Notes: a model not told the origin generated them from the sequence alone. A DNA stretch of 64,000 nt from Alphaproteobacteria bacterium (GCA_036394195.1 DASWFO010000335.1:3056-67055); one strand, 5' to 3'. Counted from the stretch's first letter, positions 43,175 to 53,644 are shown. Numbers and translations are program-made.

Positions 43175-44137
43175 ATGATTCGAGTTTCGAAGACCCTCAG
43201 CGCATTGGCGCTTTTTCTGGCGTTCGTTGGCCCCGCCGCCGCCTATCCCGACCGGCCGGTCCGCATCGTGGTGCCGTTTCCGCCCGGCGGCGGCACCGAC
43301 ATCATCTCACGCACATTGGGCTCCGGCATGTCCAAGGATCTCGGTCAACCGGTCGTTATCGAAAATAAACCAGGCGGCGGCACCATCCTCGGCACCGCCC
43401 AGGTCGCGAACGCGCCGGCTGACGGCTACACCCTCGTGATGGCGACATTCGCGCACGCGGTGAACCCGAGCCTCAAGGCGTCGCTACCCTACGACACCGA
43501 CAAGGCGTTTCAGCCGGTGGCGCTCGTCGCGCGCTCCTACAACATCCTGGTGGTCAATCCGAACAGCCGGTTCAAGACGGTCCAGGATCTGCTCGCGGCG
43601 GCGAAGGCCAATCCGGGCAAGCTGAACTACGGCTCGTTCGGGATCGGCACTTCGGCGCATCTCGCCGGTGAGCTGTTCAAATATCTGGGCAAGGTCGACC
43701 TGACCCATGTCGCCTACCAGGGGGCGGCGGCGGCGCTGACCGATCTGATGGCCGGCCAGATCGACGCCATGTTCACGACTGTCGCCAGCGTCAGCTCCTA
43801 TATTCAGGCGGAACAGCTGCGGGCGCTCGCGGTAACCTCGGCCAAACGTTCACCGGCGGTCCCCGATCTGCCGACCATCGCCGAAGCCGGCGTGCCCGGC
43901 TATGTGGCCGAGAGCTGGTACGGGCTTTACGCGCCATCGGGCACGCCGCGCGACGTGGTCGCGCGCCTGAACAAGTCGGCCGCCGAAGCCGTAAAATCGG
44001 ACGGCTTCAAGAAGCTGGAGACGGTCGAAGGCCTCACCGTGGCGGTCGGCTCGCCGGACGAGCTGGACCGCTATGTCCGGGGCGAGGAGGCGCGCTGGCG
44101 CGACGTGGTCCAGGCCGCGCATATCGAGCCGCAATGA
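43175..44137 (+). CDS. Bug/TctC-family tripartite tricarboxylate transporter substrate-binding protein
   Basis: MIRVSKTLSALALFLAFVGPAAAYPDRPVRIVVPFPPGGGTDI is a Bug-family hallmark. 320 aa. Confidence 0.8.
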   Translation: MIRVSKTLSALALFLAFVGPAAAYPDRPVRIVVPFPPGGGTDIISRTLGSGMSKDLGQPVVIENKPGGGTILGTAQVANAPADGYTLVMATFAHAVNPSLKASLPYDTDKAFQPVALVARSYNILVVNPNSRFKTVQDLLAAAKANPGKLNYGSFGIGTSAHLAGELFKYLGKVDLTHVAYQGAAAALTDLMAGQIDAMFTTVASVSSYIQAEQLRALAVTSAKRSPAVPDLPTIAEAGVPGYVAESWYGLYAPSGTPRDVVARLNKSAAEAVKSDGFKKLETVEGLTVAVGSPDELDRYVRGEEARWRDVVQAAHIEPQ

Positions 44138-44149
44138 CGGAGTTCTGAC

Positions 44150-44956
44150 ATGACCGACGCTTCAACCGGTGCGCCCCGAATCGAGCTGTCGATCGACGAC
44201 GGGATTGCGACCGTGGCGCTCAACCGGCCGGACGTCCGCAACGCCATCGACGACCGGATGCGTGGCGAGCTCGAAACGGTCCTCGACCGCATCGCCGATG
44301 ACGAGGCGGTGCGCGCGGTCGTGCTCACCGGCAACGGCAGCGCCTTTTGCGCCGGCGGCGACATTGCCGGCATGCAGAAGCGCCTGAAGGCGCCGGCGGG
44401 GCAAGTCGCCTTCAACGGCTGGCGGCGCCAGGTGCGGCTGCATCAAATCGTCGGCAAGCTGCACAAGCTGCCGAAGCCGACCATTGCCGCCGTGAACGGC
44501 CCCGCGGCCGGGCTCGGCTGCGACCTGGCGCTGTGCTGCGATTTCATCATCGCGTCCGAAGCCGCGATGTTCACCATGAGCTTCATCCTGCGCGGGCTGG
44601 TCCCCGACGGCGGCGGCATGTATTTCCTGCCGCGCCGTGTCGGCCTCAGCCGCGCCAAGGAGCTGATCTTCACCGGCCGCCGCGTCGAGGCGCCGGAGGC
44701 GCTCGCCATTGGCCTCGCCGACCGCGTGACCGGTGCCGCCGATCTCCTGAAGGACGCGCGCGACTGGGCGCGCGAGCTGAGCCACGGCTCACCGACGGCA
44801 CTGGCGCTGAGCAAGGCAATTCTCGACCAGACGTTCGAGCTGACCGACGAACAGGCGCTGGCGCTCGGGCGCGAGGCGCAGGCGATCTGCTACACCACCG
44901 CCGAGCATCAGGACGCCGTGGCCGCGTTTCTCAACAAGAGCAAGCCGTCGCGATAG
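44150..44956 (+). CDS. Enoyl-CoA hydratase/isomerase (crotonase) family protein
   Basis: VVLTGNGSAFCAGGDI, IAAVNGPAAGLGCDLALCCD are crotonase-fold signatures. 268 aa. Confidence 0.85.
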   Translation: MTDASTGAPRIELSIDDGIATVALNRPDVRNAIDDRMRGELETVLDRIADDEAVRAVVLTGNGSAFCAGGDIAGMQKRLKAPAGQVAFNGWRRQVRLHQIVGKLHKLPKPTIAAVNGPAAGLGCDLALCCDFIIASEAAMFTMSFILRGLVPDGGGMYFLPRRVGLSRAKELIFTGRRVEAPEALAIGLADRVTGAADLLKDARDWARELSHGSPTALALSKAILDQTFELTDEQALALGREAQAICYTTAEHQDAVAAFLNKSKPSR

Positions 44957-44984
44957 TTCGGACGTTGCGAATGCGCGTTGCACC

Positions 44985-45085
44985 CCCCTCCCTGACCCTC
45001 CCCCGCAAGGGGGGAGGGAACAGAATCGCGCCGCAAATTCTTACTCCCTCCCCCTCGACGGGGGAGGGTTGGGATGGGGGTGTTG
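44985..45085. repeat. REP-like element: two hairpins CCCTCCCCCGCAAGGGGGGAGGG and CCCTCCCCCTCGACGGGGGAGGG
   Basis: Perfect inverted repeats in the 154-bp spacer before the acyl-CoA synthetase gene. Member of the common alphaproteobacterial poly-C/poly-G palindrome family. Confidence 0.6.
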
Positions 45086-45110
45086 ATCGCGCGAACCACG
45101 GCAAACGTCT

Positions 45111-47186
45111 ATGAGCGCCCTCGGCCGGCTATTTCGTCCGCAGAGTGTGGCGGTCATCGGCGCCTCGTCGGATCCCGGGAAGCTGACCGGACGGCCGATC
45201 GCCTATCTGCAGAAACACGGCTTTGGCGGCCGCCTCTATCCGATCAACCCGCGCTACGACACGATTGCCGGCCTGACCTGCTATCGCGACGTCGCTTCGC
45301 TGCCTGCCGCACCGGATGTCGGCATTGTCCTGCTGCCGGCCGAGCACAGCCTCGACGCCGTGCGGCAACTGGCTGCCGTCGGCACCGCCGCCGCGATCGT
45401 CCTGGCCAGCGGCTTCGGCGAAGCCGGACCCGACGGCCAGGAGCGGCAGCAGAAGCTCAAAGACGCGGCCGGCGCCATGCGGATTCTCGGCCCGAACACG
45501 ATCGGGCTGGTCAACCTCACCGATCGCATTACGCTGTCGGCCAGCGGTGCTCTGGAACTCGAGGAGCTCGCGACTGGGTCGATCGCCGTGATCTCGCAAA
45601 GCGGCGGCATCCTCGGCTCGCTGCTGTCGCGCGCCGCCGGCCGCGGCATCGGTTTGTCGAAGCTCGTCGCCACCGGCAACGAGGTTGACATCGAGGTTGC
45701 GGATTGTCTCGATTACCTGACCGAGGATGCCGCAACGTCGGTCATCGCGCTCTATCTGGAGGGCTTGCGCGACGCGCCACGCTTTCGCGCTGCGGCCGAG
45801 AAGGCCGCTGCCGCCGGCAAGCCGATCGTCGCGTTCAAAGTCGGGCGCTCCGAATCCGGGATTCGCTCGGCGGTGTCGCACACCGGGGCGCTGGCTGGGG
45901 CGGACCGGGTCTATGACGCATTCTTCAAACAGACTGGCGTCATCCGCGCCACGACCTTCGCCGACCTCCTCGACATCCCGCAGGCGCTGGCGACTGGCCG
46001 AAAGCTCAACGGGCCGCGGGTGGCCATCGTCACGTCCACTGGCGGGGCCGCGACCCTGGTCGCCGACGCCTGCGGCATGGCTGGCCTGGAGACCCCGCAG
46101 CCGGACGCGGCGACTGCCGGGCGGCTGACGGCGCTCGACATCCGCGACGCGGTGCTCGACCGCAACCCGATCGATGTCACCTTGGCGGGCCTGCGGCCCG
46201 ATCTGTTCCGCAGCGTGATCGACACGCTGTTCGCCAGCCCGACCTACGACGCCGTAATTATGATCGTCGGCTCGTCGGGAATCGCGCGCCCCGATCTCGT
46301 CGCCAAGCCGGTGCTGGAGGCCCTGCCCGGCAGTCCCAAGCCGCTCCTCGTCTATGTGAGTCCGGACGCGCCCAACATTATCAAGCACCTCAACCGCCAC
46401 GGCGTTCCGGCGTACAGCGCGCCCGAAGCGTGCGCCGCGGCTCTTTCGGGACTGTTGCGGGCGACAGGCTCCGGCCCTTCGGCCGCGTCGCCTGAAGCCG
46501 CGCCGGCGCGGATCGACGATCTCCGTCTTCCCTCGGGACCCCTGAACGAAGCCGAAAGCAAACGCCTGTTTCAGCGGTTCGGCATTCCGAGCGTGCGCGA
46601 ATTCGTGGCCGACACGCCAGCGGCTGCGGCGGATGCGGCGCGCGGGCTGGACGGACCGGTGGTGCTGAAGATCCTGTCGCGCGAGATCACGCACAAGTCC
46701 GAGGTGGGCGGTGTGGCGGTCGATGTCGATCCGCGGGACGTGGCGCAGCGCTGCGAGGCGATGCGGACCGCGGTCGCCAGATCGACCACCGCGAAGATCG
46801 AAGGCTTCCTGGTGCAGGAACAAATCCGCGACGGTGCCGAGCTGATCCTGGGCTTTCATCGCGATCCACAGCTGGGGTCGGCGATCCTGCTCGGCTTCGG
46901 CGGTGTCGCCGCCGAAGTCTTCCAGGATACGGCAATCCGGCTCCCACCGATCTCACCCGGCGACGCCGTCGACATGATCGAGGAGCTCAAGAGCGCCGCA
47001 CTGCTGAAAGGCTTCCGCGGCCGCCCGCCGGCGGATATCGACGCGCTGGCCGGCGCCATCGTGTCGTTCTCGCGGATGATCGCCGTGCTCGGCGATCGCC
47101 TCGTCGAAGCGGAGATCAATCCGCTCTTTGTGTTGCCGAAAGGGCAGGGGGTGCGCGCCGCCGACGGTCTTGTCGTTTTGCGCTGA
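45111..47186 (+). CDS. ADP-forming acyl-CoA synthetase (NDP-forming acetate--CoA ligase family, fused alpha/beta)
   Basis: CoA-binding domain PQSVAVIGASSDPGKLTGRPI, succinyl-CoA-synthetase-like ligase domain and C-terminal ATP-grasp domain. 691 aa. Confidence 0.8.
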   Translation: MSALGRLFRPQSVAVIGASSDPGKLTGRPIAYLQKHGFGGRLYPINPRYDTIAGLTCYRDVASLPAAPDVGIVLLPAEHSLDAVRQLAAVGTAAAIVLASGFGEAGPDGQERQQKLKDAAGAMRILGPNTIGLVNLTDRITLSASGALELEELATGSIAVISQSGGILGSLLSRAAGRGIGLSKLVATGNEVDIEVADCLDYLTEDAATSVIALYLEGLRDAPRFRAAAEKAAAAGKPIVAFKVGRSESGIRSAVSHTGALAGADRVYDAFFKQTGVIRATTFADLLDIPQALATGRKLNGPRVAIVTSTGGAATLVADACGMAGLETPQPDAATAGRLTALDIRDAVLDRNPIDVTLAGLRPDLFRSVIDTLFASPTYDAVIMIVGSSGIARPDLVAKPVLEALPGSPKPLLVYVSPDAPNIIKHLNRHGVPAYSAPEACAAALSGLLRATGSGPSAASPEAAPARIDDLRLPSGPLNEAESKRLFQRFGIPSVREFVADTPAAAADAARGLDGPVVLKILSREITHKSEVGGVAVDVDPRDVAQRCEAMRTAVARSTTAKIEGFLVQEQIRDGAELILGFHRDPQLGSAILLGFGGVAAEVFQDTAIRLPPISPGDAVDMIEELKSAALLKGFRGRPPADIDALAGAIVSFSRMIAVLGDRLVEAEINPLFVLPKGQGVRAADGLVVLR

Positions 47187-47202
47187 GGCGCGGAGGAGAC
47201 GG

Positions 47203-48309
47203 ATGAAGACGATGATCACGGCGCGGATGCATGAGATCGGCGCCCCATTGCGCCTGGACACCCTTCCGATCCCGGTTCCCGGGCCGACAGACGTTTTGGT
47301 CGCGGTGAAGGCGTGCAACATCGTTCCCAATCTGCGGAACATCCTGAAGCATTGGCCGCAATGGTTCCCCGACAAGCCGCTGCCCAAACTGCCGGCGAGC
47401 TTTGGTCTCGACGCGGCGGGCGTGATCGCCGAGGTCGGCAGCCAGGTGTTCGCGGTGAAGCCCGGGGAGCGCGTGTATGTCAATCCGGCGCGCAGCTGCG
47501 GATCGTGTCGCGCCTGCCGCGGCGGCGACCCGATCAGCTGCCGCAGCTTCACCTATCAGGGCTACTTTGGACGGGGGCCGCTGGGGCGAAAGATTCTCGA
47601 CGCCTACCCCTATGGCGGGCTGTCGGAATATCTCACCGCACCGCAGTCGGCGCTGGTGAAGCTGCCCGACAATGTGCCCTTCGAAGCCGCCGCGCGGTTC
47701 GGCTATCTCGGCACGGCCTATTCGGCCATGCGCAAGACCGGCGTCGGTCCGGGCCGGACGGTGCTCATCAACGGCATCGGCGGAACGCTTGGCTTGTGCG
47801 GCGCGCTGGTTGGCTTGGCGATGGGAGCGACCAAGATTCTCGGCACCGGGCGGAGGCAGCCGTTGCTCGAGCGGGTCAAGGCGCTGGCCCCAGATCGGAT
47901 CGAGGTGCTCGCGGTCGGCGGGCAGCCGATCCGCGACTGGGCGCTGACGCACACCGACGGCGACGGCGTCGACGCGGTCATCGATGCCTTGTCGCCACAA
48001 TCGCCGCCCAGCGCCATGATGGACGGGTTCCGCGCGTTGCGGGTCGGCGGGCGCGGCGCCGATCCCGGCGGCGTCTCGGCGGCCCTGACGCTCGATGCGA
48101 GCTTCCTGCGCGACTACAACGCCCAGCTCATGGGATCGCGCTGGTTCACCACCGCCGAAGGCGACGATCTGGCCGCCATGGCGGGGGCGGGCACGCTCGA
48201 TCTCTCGCACTTCGAGCATCGGCGCTTTCCGCTGGCCAAGGTCAACGACGCGATTGCCGCGCTTGGCGACGGCGACGGCGGCTTTACGAATTTCGTCGTG
48301 CTGCCGTAA
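47203..48309 (+). CDS. Zinc-type alcohol dehydrogenase (MDR superfamily)
   Basis: GGAGGAGACGG RBS. Structural Zn Cys cluster CGSCRACRGGDPISC. Rossmann motif GIGGTLG. 368 aa. Confidence 0.8.
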   Translation: MKTMITARMHEIGAPLRLDTLPIPVPGPTDVLVAVKACNIVPNLRNILKHWPQWFPDKPLPKLPASFGLDAAGVIAEVGSQVFAVKPGERVYVNPARSCGSCRACRGGDPISCRSFTYQGYFGRGPLGRKILDAYPYGGLSEYLTAPQSALVKLPDNVPFEAAARFGYLGTAYSAMRKTGVGPGRTVLINGIGGTLGLCGALVGLAMGATKILGTGRRQPLLERVKALAPDRIEVLAVGGQPIRDWALTHTDGDGVDAVIDALSPQSPPSAMMDGFRALRVGGRGADPGGVSAALTLDASFLRDYNAQLMGSRWFTTAEGDDLAAMAGAGTLDLSHFEHRRFPLAKVNDAIAALGDGDGGFTNFVVLP

Positions 48310-48407
48310 GTCAGATGCCGAGATAGGCGTCCACTGCCGATAGTCGGCTGATCATCTTGGACATCGACCCCTCCCTGTGCTGTCTCGCGTCGTTTTGCGC
48401 CGCGGCG

Positions 48408-49556
48408 TCAGAGTGTCCGCAGCTTCGGCATGACCTCGGCGGCGAACATCTCCGTGCTCTTGCGGACCAGCTCGTCCGGCAGGGTGCCGAACTGCAGCAT
48501 GCAGATCAGCTTTTTGTAGCCGCTCTGGGCATGCGCCTCTTCGAGCTTCGCCCGCACGGTCGCCGGACTGCCGCAGATGAACGTCCCCAACGCCAGCAGC
48601 TCGTCCACCGTCTGCGCCTTGAAAGCCGTGCCCTTGCGCGCCGCCATGATCGTGAGGAATGACTCCATGGACGTGTAGCCGGGTGGGAACAGCATTTCGG
48701 GCGTCATGCGCAGGAAACTGTTGAACAGCGCCTCGACGTGCCGCCCCGATTCGCGCTTGGCGATCTCATCGGTTTCGGCCACGTAGATCGGCAGCGCCCA
48801 GCCGAGCTGATCGCCCGACACCTCGTAGCCGTGTTTCCCGCCGGCTTCCTTGTAGAGCTGATGGTTCTTCAGCACGGTGGCCAGCGGGGCAAACGTGATG
48901 ATGAACGGGTATTTGCGCTTGGGGTCGGCGGCCCAGTCGATGGTCTCCCGCGAGCCCTGCGAGGGGATCCAGATCGGGGGATGCGGCTTCTGGTACGGCC
49001 GCGGCCAGACGTTCACGTAGCGGAAATTGAAATGCTCGCCTTCGAAGGCGAAGGGACCCTTCTCGCTCCACGCGCGGACGATCAGATCATGCGCCTCGTG
49101 GAAACGGTCGTGCGAGAAGATCGGGTTCACGCCCATCGTGTGATATTCGGAGCCGATGCCGCGCACGAAGCCGGTGATGACCCGTCCCTTCGAGATGTTG
49201 TCGAGCATCGCGAATTCCTCGGCGATGGTGAGCGGATTGCTCACCAGCGGCAGGGCGCGGCCGAGGATCGCGACCTTCACGTCGAGGTCGCGGGTGCGCT
49301 CGATCAGGATGCTCGCCAGCAGATTGGGCGCCGGCATCATGCCGTAGGCGGTCTGGTGGTGCTCGTTGACGCAGATGCCGTCGAAGCCGAGCTTCGCCGC
49401 GAACACCATCTGTTCGATGTATTCGCGATAGAGGTCGGCGCCCTTTGCGGGGTCGTAGAACTCGTTCGGCAGCGCAACCCAGGGGGAGCGATATTTGGCC
49501 GCGCCGGCGAGATCGAGCACCCGATACGGCATGAGATGAAAGGCATAGAACTTCAT
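48408..49556 (-). CDS. LLM-class flavin-dependent oxidoreductase (paralogue of 15411..16610)
   Basis: 382 aa. GFDGICVNEHH, WPRPYQKPHPPIWIP. Start overlaps the stop of the upstream hydrolase gene by 4 nt. Confidence 0.8.
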   Translation of the reverse strand: MKFYAFHLMPYRVLDLAGAAKYRSPWVALPNEFYDPAKGADLYREYIEQMVFAAKLGFDGICVNEHHQTAYGMMPAPNLLASILIERTRDLDVKVAILGRALPLVSNPLTIAEEFAMLDNISKGRVITGFVRGIGSEYHTMGVNPIFSHDRFHEAHDLIVRAWSEKGPFAFEGEHFNFRYVNVWPRPYQKPHPPIWIPSQGSRETIDWAADPKRKYPFIITFAPLATVLKNHQLYKEAGGKHGYEVSGDQLGWALPIYVAETDEIAKRESGRHVEALFNSFLRMTPEMLFPPGYTSMESFLTIMAARKGTAFKAQTVDELLALGTFICGSPATVRAKLEEAHAQSGYKKLICMLQFGTLPDELVRKSTEMFAAEVMPKLRTL

Positions 49557-50338
49557 GCCGCCACCTCGCGCAGAAAGGCCTGGGTCGCCGCGAGCGTCTC
49601 GGCCGTCCGTTCCACGTGCGGCAGGTGCCCGCATTGAGGGAGCTTGGTCAGCCGCGCCTTAGGCAGCGCGTCGGTCCACGCCTTTGCGAACTCGACAGGC
49701 AGCACTTTGTCATTCTCGCCCCAGATCAGCTGCACGGGGATGTTGATGCGATGCAGCCAGCGCTGCAGCTCCGGATTGAAGAAACGCGGCTGCCAGCCCA
49801 GGCGGGCGGCGCCGTAGCTGTTCTTGAGCTGCGCCTTCATCTGGTCGGGATTGGCGGCCGCCGCGGCCAGCATCTGCGCTGCAAGGGCGGGCGCGTGAAC
49901 GAGATTGTTGGCCCGCTCCTCGGGTGACCACATGAACACGTCGCCGGAGAGGACGCCTTTGACCCGGGCCCCGGCGGGGGCCAGCAGGGTCAGCGAGCGC
50001 AGCGCCCCGGCATTGCGCGCGGCGATTTCGGCCGCGATCCATCCGCCCAGCGAATGGCCGATGATGTCGAGCTCGCTGAGGCCCAAATGGTCGATGAAGT
50101 CGAGATAGAAGTAAGCGATGTCGCCGATCCCAAACAGCCAGGCGGGCGTATCGGATTCACCGAAGCCGGGATGATCCGGGACCAGCAAGGTCCGGGTCTT
50201 TGCCAATTCTTCGAAGTAGGGCAGCCAGGCGGTGACTCCGGCCGCGCCGTGCAGGAACAGCAGCGGCGCGCCGCTTCCGGCACGTCGCAGATGAATGCGG
50301 GCGCCGTTCACTGTGATGTGCTCGGACTGATAGGTCAT
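49553..50338 (-). CDS. Alpha/beta-fold hydrolase
   Basis: 261 aa. LLFLHGAAG, nucleophile elbow GHSLGG. Translationally coupled to the LLM gene. Confidence 0.8.
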   Translation of the reverse strand: MTYQSEHITVNGARIHLRRAGSGAPLLFLHGAAGVTAWLPYFEELAKTRTLLVPDHPGFGESDTPAWLFGIGDIAYFYLDFIDHLGLSELDIIGHSLGGWIAAEIAARNAGALRSLTLLAPAGARVKGVLSGDVFMWSPEERANNLVHAPALAAQMLAAAAANPDQMKAQLKNSYGAARLGWQPRFFNPELQRWLHRINIPVQLIWGENDKVLPVEFAKAWTDALPKARLTKLPQCGHLPHVERTAETLAATQAFLREVAA

Positions 50339-50599
50339 ACCACCGTCGCGCGCCTCCCTTGCCGCCTGCTTCGCGTTCAAACGTTTGCAAATGCAAGCAT
50401 GGCCATCCGACCAGCACCGCGGCGGAGTGTCAATATGGCCGCGCGGTGATGCCGCCCGCCCTGGACAAAGATGAGCCTGTTGTCCGCGGTATGGACATTG
50501 CGGGCACCGAACGGGGGCCGGCAAAAAAGCCTTGCCAACCCGTCTGTGCCGCCCTTCACTCAGCATCTTGGGGCCGAGCGCAGATAAAGGAGAAGCCGC

Positions 50600-51301
50600 A
50601 TGCATAAAATCGCGATCCCGCAGGGTGCGATCGACCGGGTCCTGAAGCGCCGCGACAACCTTCACGTTTTCACCGACATCGATCCGGCGCGCACGGCGCA
50701 TATCGTGGTCGATCTCCAGAACGGGTTCATGGCGCCCGGACAGCCGGCCGAGATTCCGACCGCCCGCGACATCGTGCCCAACGTCAATCGCGTCAGTGCG
50801 GCGCTGCGCAAAGCCGGCGGCCAGGTCGTCTATATCCAGAACACCATCAACGCCGATGCCAAGGCGACGTGGTCGAACTGGTTCAAGTACATGTCGGGCG
50901 ACAAGCGCGCCGCCCGGATGGACGAGGCGTTTGCCGACGGCAGCTACGGGCATTCGCTGTGGCCGGGGCTCGAGGTGCTGCCGGCGGACCTCAAGGTGAA
51001 AAAGACTCGCTTCGGCGCCTTCGTCCAGGGTTCGTCCGATCTGCATCCCGTTCTGCAGGCGCGGAAGATCGACACTCTGATCATCACCGGGACCGCCACC
51101 GATGTCTGCTGCGAGTCCACGGCCCGCGACGCGATGATGCTGAACTACAAGGTCATCTTCGTCTCCGACGGCACCGCCACCCATACCGACGAGGCGCACA
51201 ACGCGACCTTGGGGATCATGCTGGCGAACTTCGCCGACGTGATGAGCACGGACGAGGTGGTGGCCTGCCTATCGAAGCCGGTGAGCCAGGCCGCCGAATG
51301 A
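50600..51301 (+). CDS. Isochorismatase-family cysteine hydrolase
   Basis: AHIVVDLQNGF, IITGTATDVCCEST catalytic Cys motif. 233 aa. Confidence 0.8.
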   Translation: MHKIAIPQGAIDRVLKRRDNLHVFTDIDPARTAHIVVDLQNGFMAPGQPAEIPTARDIVPNVNRVSAALRKAGGQVVYIQNTINADAKATWSNWFKYMSGDKRAARMDEAFADGSYGHSLWPGLEVLPADLKVKKTRFGAFVQGSSDLHPVLQARKIDTLIITGTATDVCCESTARDAMMLNYKVIFVSDGTATHTDEAHNATLGIMLANFADVMSTDEVVACLSKPVSQAAE

Positions 51302-51320
51302 GGGCGGCCACCGCGGCGAC

Positions 51321-52358
51321 TTATTGCAGCGGCGGAAGCGCGGCGCCGTGGACGCGCCAATGCGCGTCGAGGGCGGCAATATACCGCTCCCGCTCCGCGT
51401 CGCTGAGGAACGCGGCCACGAAGCCGTTTCGCGCCAGCCGATAGACGTCGTCCGTGGACAGGCCAAGCGCCGCCTGGATCGCGGCGAAATTCTTGGTCAT
51501 GTAGCCGTCGAAATAGGACGGATCGTCCGAGTTGACGGTCACGCACAGCCCGGCTTTGAGCAGCCGCCCGAGATTGTGCGCGGCAAGATCCGGAAAGACG
51601 CGCAGCTTCACATTCGAGATCGGGCACACGGTGAGCGGGATTCCGGATTTCGCCAGTCGCGTGACCAGGGCCGGGTCCTCTTCGCACCGCACCCCGTGGT
51701 CGATGCGGTCGACCTTCAGCACATCGACCGTGTCGGCGACGTAAGACGCAGGGCCTTCCTCGCCGGCATGTGCCATCGTCTTCCAGCCAAGGTCGCGGGC
51801 GCGGGCGAAGACGCGGGCGAATTTCTGGGGCGGGTTGCCGACCTCCGGCCCGCCGAGTCCGATGCCGGCGATGCGGTCGCGAAACGGCAGCGCCTCCTCC
51901 ACCGCCGCAAACGCATCCTCCTCCGGATATTGCCGTTGGAACCCGATGATCAGGCGCGTGCTCATCTTGAGGTTGCGCTCGGCGTCCTTTAGCGCCGCGT
52001 CGATTCCGCGAAACATCGCCTGGAATGGAACGCCGCGGCGGGTATGCGCCTGCGGGCTGATGAACACCTCGGTGTGCACGACGTTGTCCTCGCGAACCCG
52101 CGCGCAATAGGCCGCGGTCATGTCGTGGAAGTCCTCTTCTGTCAGCAGCACCGTGAGGCCGGCGTAGTAGATGTCGAGGAAGCTCTGAAGATTCGTGAAG
52201 TTGTAGGCCGCCCGCAGTTCCGCCTCGCTGCCGTACTTGAGGGCGATGCGGTTTCGCCGCGCCAGCTTGAACATGAGATCGGGCTCGATGGAGCCTTCGA
52301 GATGCATGTGCAGCTCGGCTTTCGGCATTTTTTCAATCAGAGCGTTCGGTGACGGCAA
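51321..52358 (-). CDS. Adenosine/adenine deaminase-family protein (sequence most like bacterial adenine deaminase of the ADA family)
   Basis: MPKAELHMHLEGSIEPDL zinc-binding N-terminus, HAGE, SDDP motifs. 345 aa. Confidence 0.8.
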   Translation of the reverse strand: MPSPNALIEKMPKAELHMHLEGSIEPDLMFKLARRNRIALKYGSEAELRAAYNFTNLQSFLDIYYAGLTVLLTEEDFHDMTAAYCARVREDNVVHTEVFISPQAHTRRGVPFQAMFRGIDAALKDAERNLKMSTRLIIGFQRQYPEEDAFAAVEEALPFRDRIAGIGLGGPEVGNPPQKFARVFARARDLGWKTMAHAGEEGPASYVADTVDVLKVDRIDHGVRCEEDPALVTRLAKSGIPLTVCPISNVKLRVFPDLAAHNLGRLLKAGLCVTVNSDDPSYFDGYMTKNFAAIQAALGLSTDDVYRLARNGFVAAFLSDAERERYIAALDAHWRVHGAALPPLQ

Positions 52359-52472
52359 GGCGCGGACTCCCCCGATTGTGCAAGCGTCTGGCGGTTGGCA
52401 CGGAACGTGCTAAACTTTTTTAACGCCGAACTCAATGTGAAACACATAAGTCCGGCAAAGAGGGGGAGAAGA

Positions 52473-53585
52473 ATGACCGTGTTTCGCCGATTGATCCCGG
52501 GGCTTCTGGCGGCCGCGACTGCGCTGTGGTTTGCGCAGCCAGCGCTCAGCGACGACAGCATTGCCCAGGCAAAGCCGCTGAAGAAGGTGCGCATCGCGGT
52601 GGGCACGACGAATCTGAACGTCGGCTATCCGTGGCTGACCCTGCCCCTCGATCTCGGCTACTGGAAGGACGAGGGCTACGATGTCGAGGTGCTGCCGGTT
52701 GGCGCGTCGCTGCAGGCCCTGCAGCAGATGGTCGCCGGCAACGCCGAGTTCGCCCAGCTGAACTCGAGCGTGGTCATCCAGGCCAACGTCGTGAACGACA
52801 TCCCGGCGCGCGTGGTGATGAACAACGGGGTCATCGACTGGTCGATCTCCGTTCTCGACCAGGGCCCGATCAAGGATGTGAAGGACCTCAAAGGCAAGAC
52901 GGTGGGCGTGTTCAGTCTCGCTACCGGCGGCGTGTTCTTCATGAAGTCCTATTTCCGCGCCAGCGGGATGGATCCCGAGAAGGACGTCGGCATGGTCGCG
53001 GTCGGTCTCGGCGCACCGCCGGTCGACGCGTTGCAGACGAACAAAGTCCAGGGCCTGCTGTTCTGGGCGGCGGCCCAGGCGACGTTCGAGAACGCCGGCC
53101 TCAAGCTGCGCTACCTGATCGGGCCGGACTGGCGGACCTATCCCGATTTCACGTTTTCGACGCTGAAGAAGACCATCGACAGCGACCCGGCCATGGTCGA
53201 GGCGATTGCCCGCGGTGCCGCCAAGGCGTCGGAGTTCGTCTTCGCCAACCCGGACTGCGCGCGGCAGCTGCATTGGAAGTACTGGCCGAGCACCAAGCCC
53301 ACCGGCGCCGACGAGGCGACCTTGATCAAGGCGGACATGAAAAACCAGCAGGCGCAGCTCGACTCGATGCGCGACGCACACGCCATGAACGGCGGCAAGC
53401 TGTGGGGCAACGCCACACCCGAGGCTTATGGCCGCATCCAGCGCTTCATGCTCGAGGCGAAGCAGATCGAGAAGGAACTCCCGCCGCAGACCTACATGAA
53501 CGGAATTCCCGGCCTCTACGAGAAGATCAACAATTTCGACGCCAATGCGGTGCGCGCCCAGGCCGCGAGCTGTCCGGTCCAGTAG
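52473..53585 (+). CDS. ABC transporter substrate-binding protein, NMT1/SsuA-like
   Basis: AGGGGGAG RBS. Signal peptide MTVFRRLIPGLLAAATALWFAQPALS. 370 aa. Confidence 0.8.
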   Translation: MTVFRRLIPGLLAAATALWFAQPALSDDSIAQAKPLKKVRIAVGTTNLNVGYPWLTLPLDLGYWKDEGYDVEVLPVGASLQALQQMVAGNAEFAQLNSSVVIQANVVNDIPARVVMNNGVIDWSISVLDQGPIKDVKDLKGKTVGVFSLATGGVFFMKSYFRASGMDPEKDVGMVAVGLGAPPVDALQTNKVQGLLFWAAAQATFENAGLKLRYLIGPDWRTYPDFTFSTLKKTIDSDPAMVEAIARGAAKASEFVFANPDCARQLHWKYWPSTKPTGADEATLIKADMKNQQAQLDSMRDAHAMNGGKLWGNATPEAYGRIQRFMLEAKQIEKELPPQTYMNGIPGLYEKINNFDANAVRAQAASCPVQ

Positions 53586-53644
53586 CGGTGCAGAGTGTCG
53601 AAACTACCCAGCGCGGCGCCGGCGGCGTTGCGGGAACCAGTGCC

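Noticed and set aside
45129-46859. 576-aa minus-strand ORF
   Set aside because: Antisense to the ADP-forming acyl-CoA synthetase gene.
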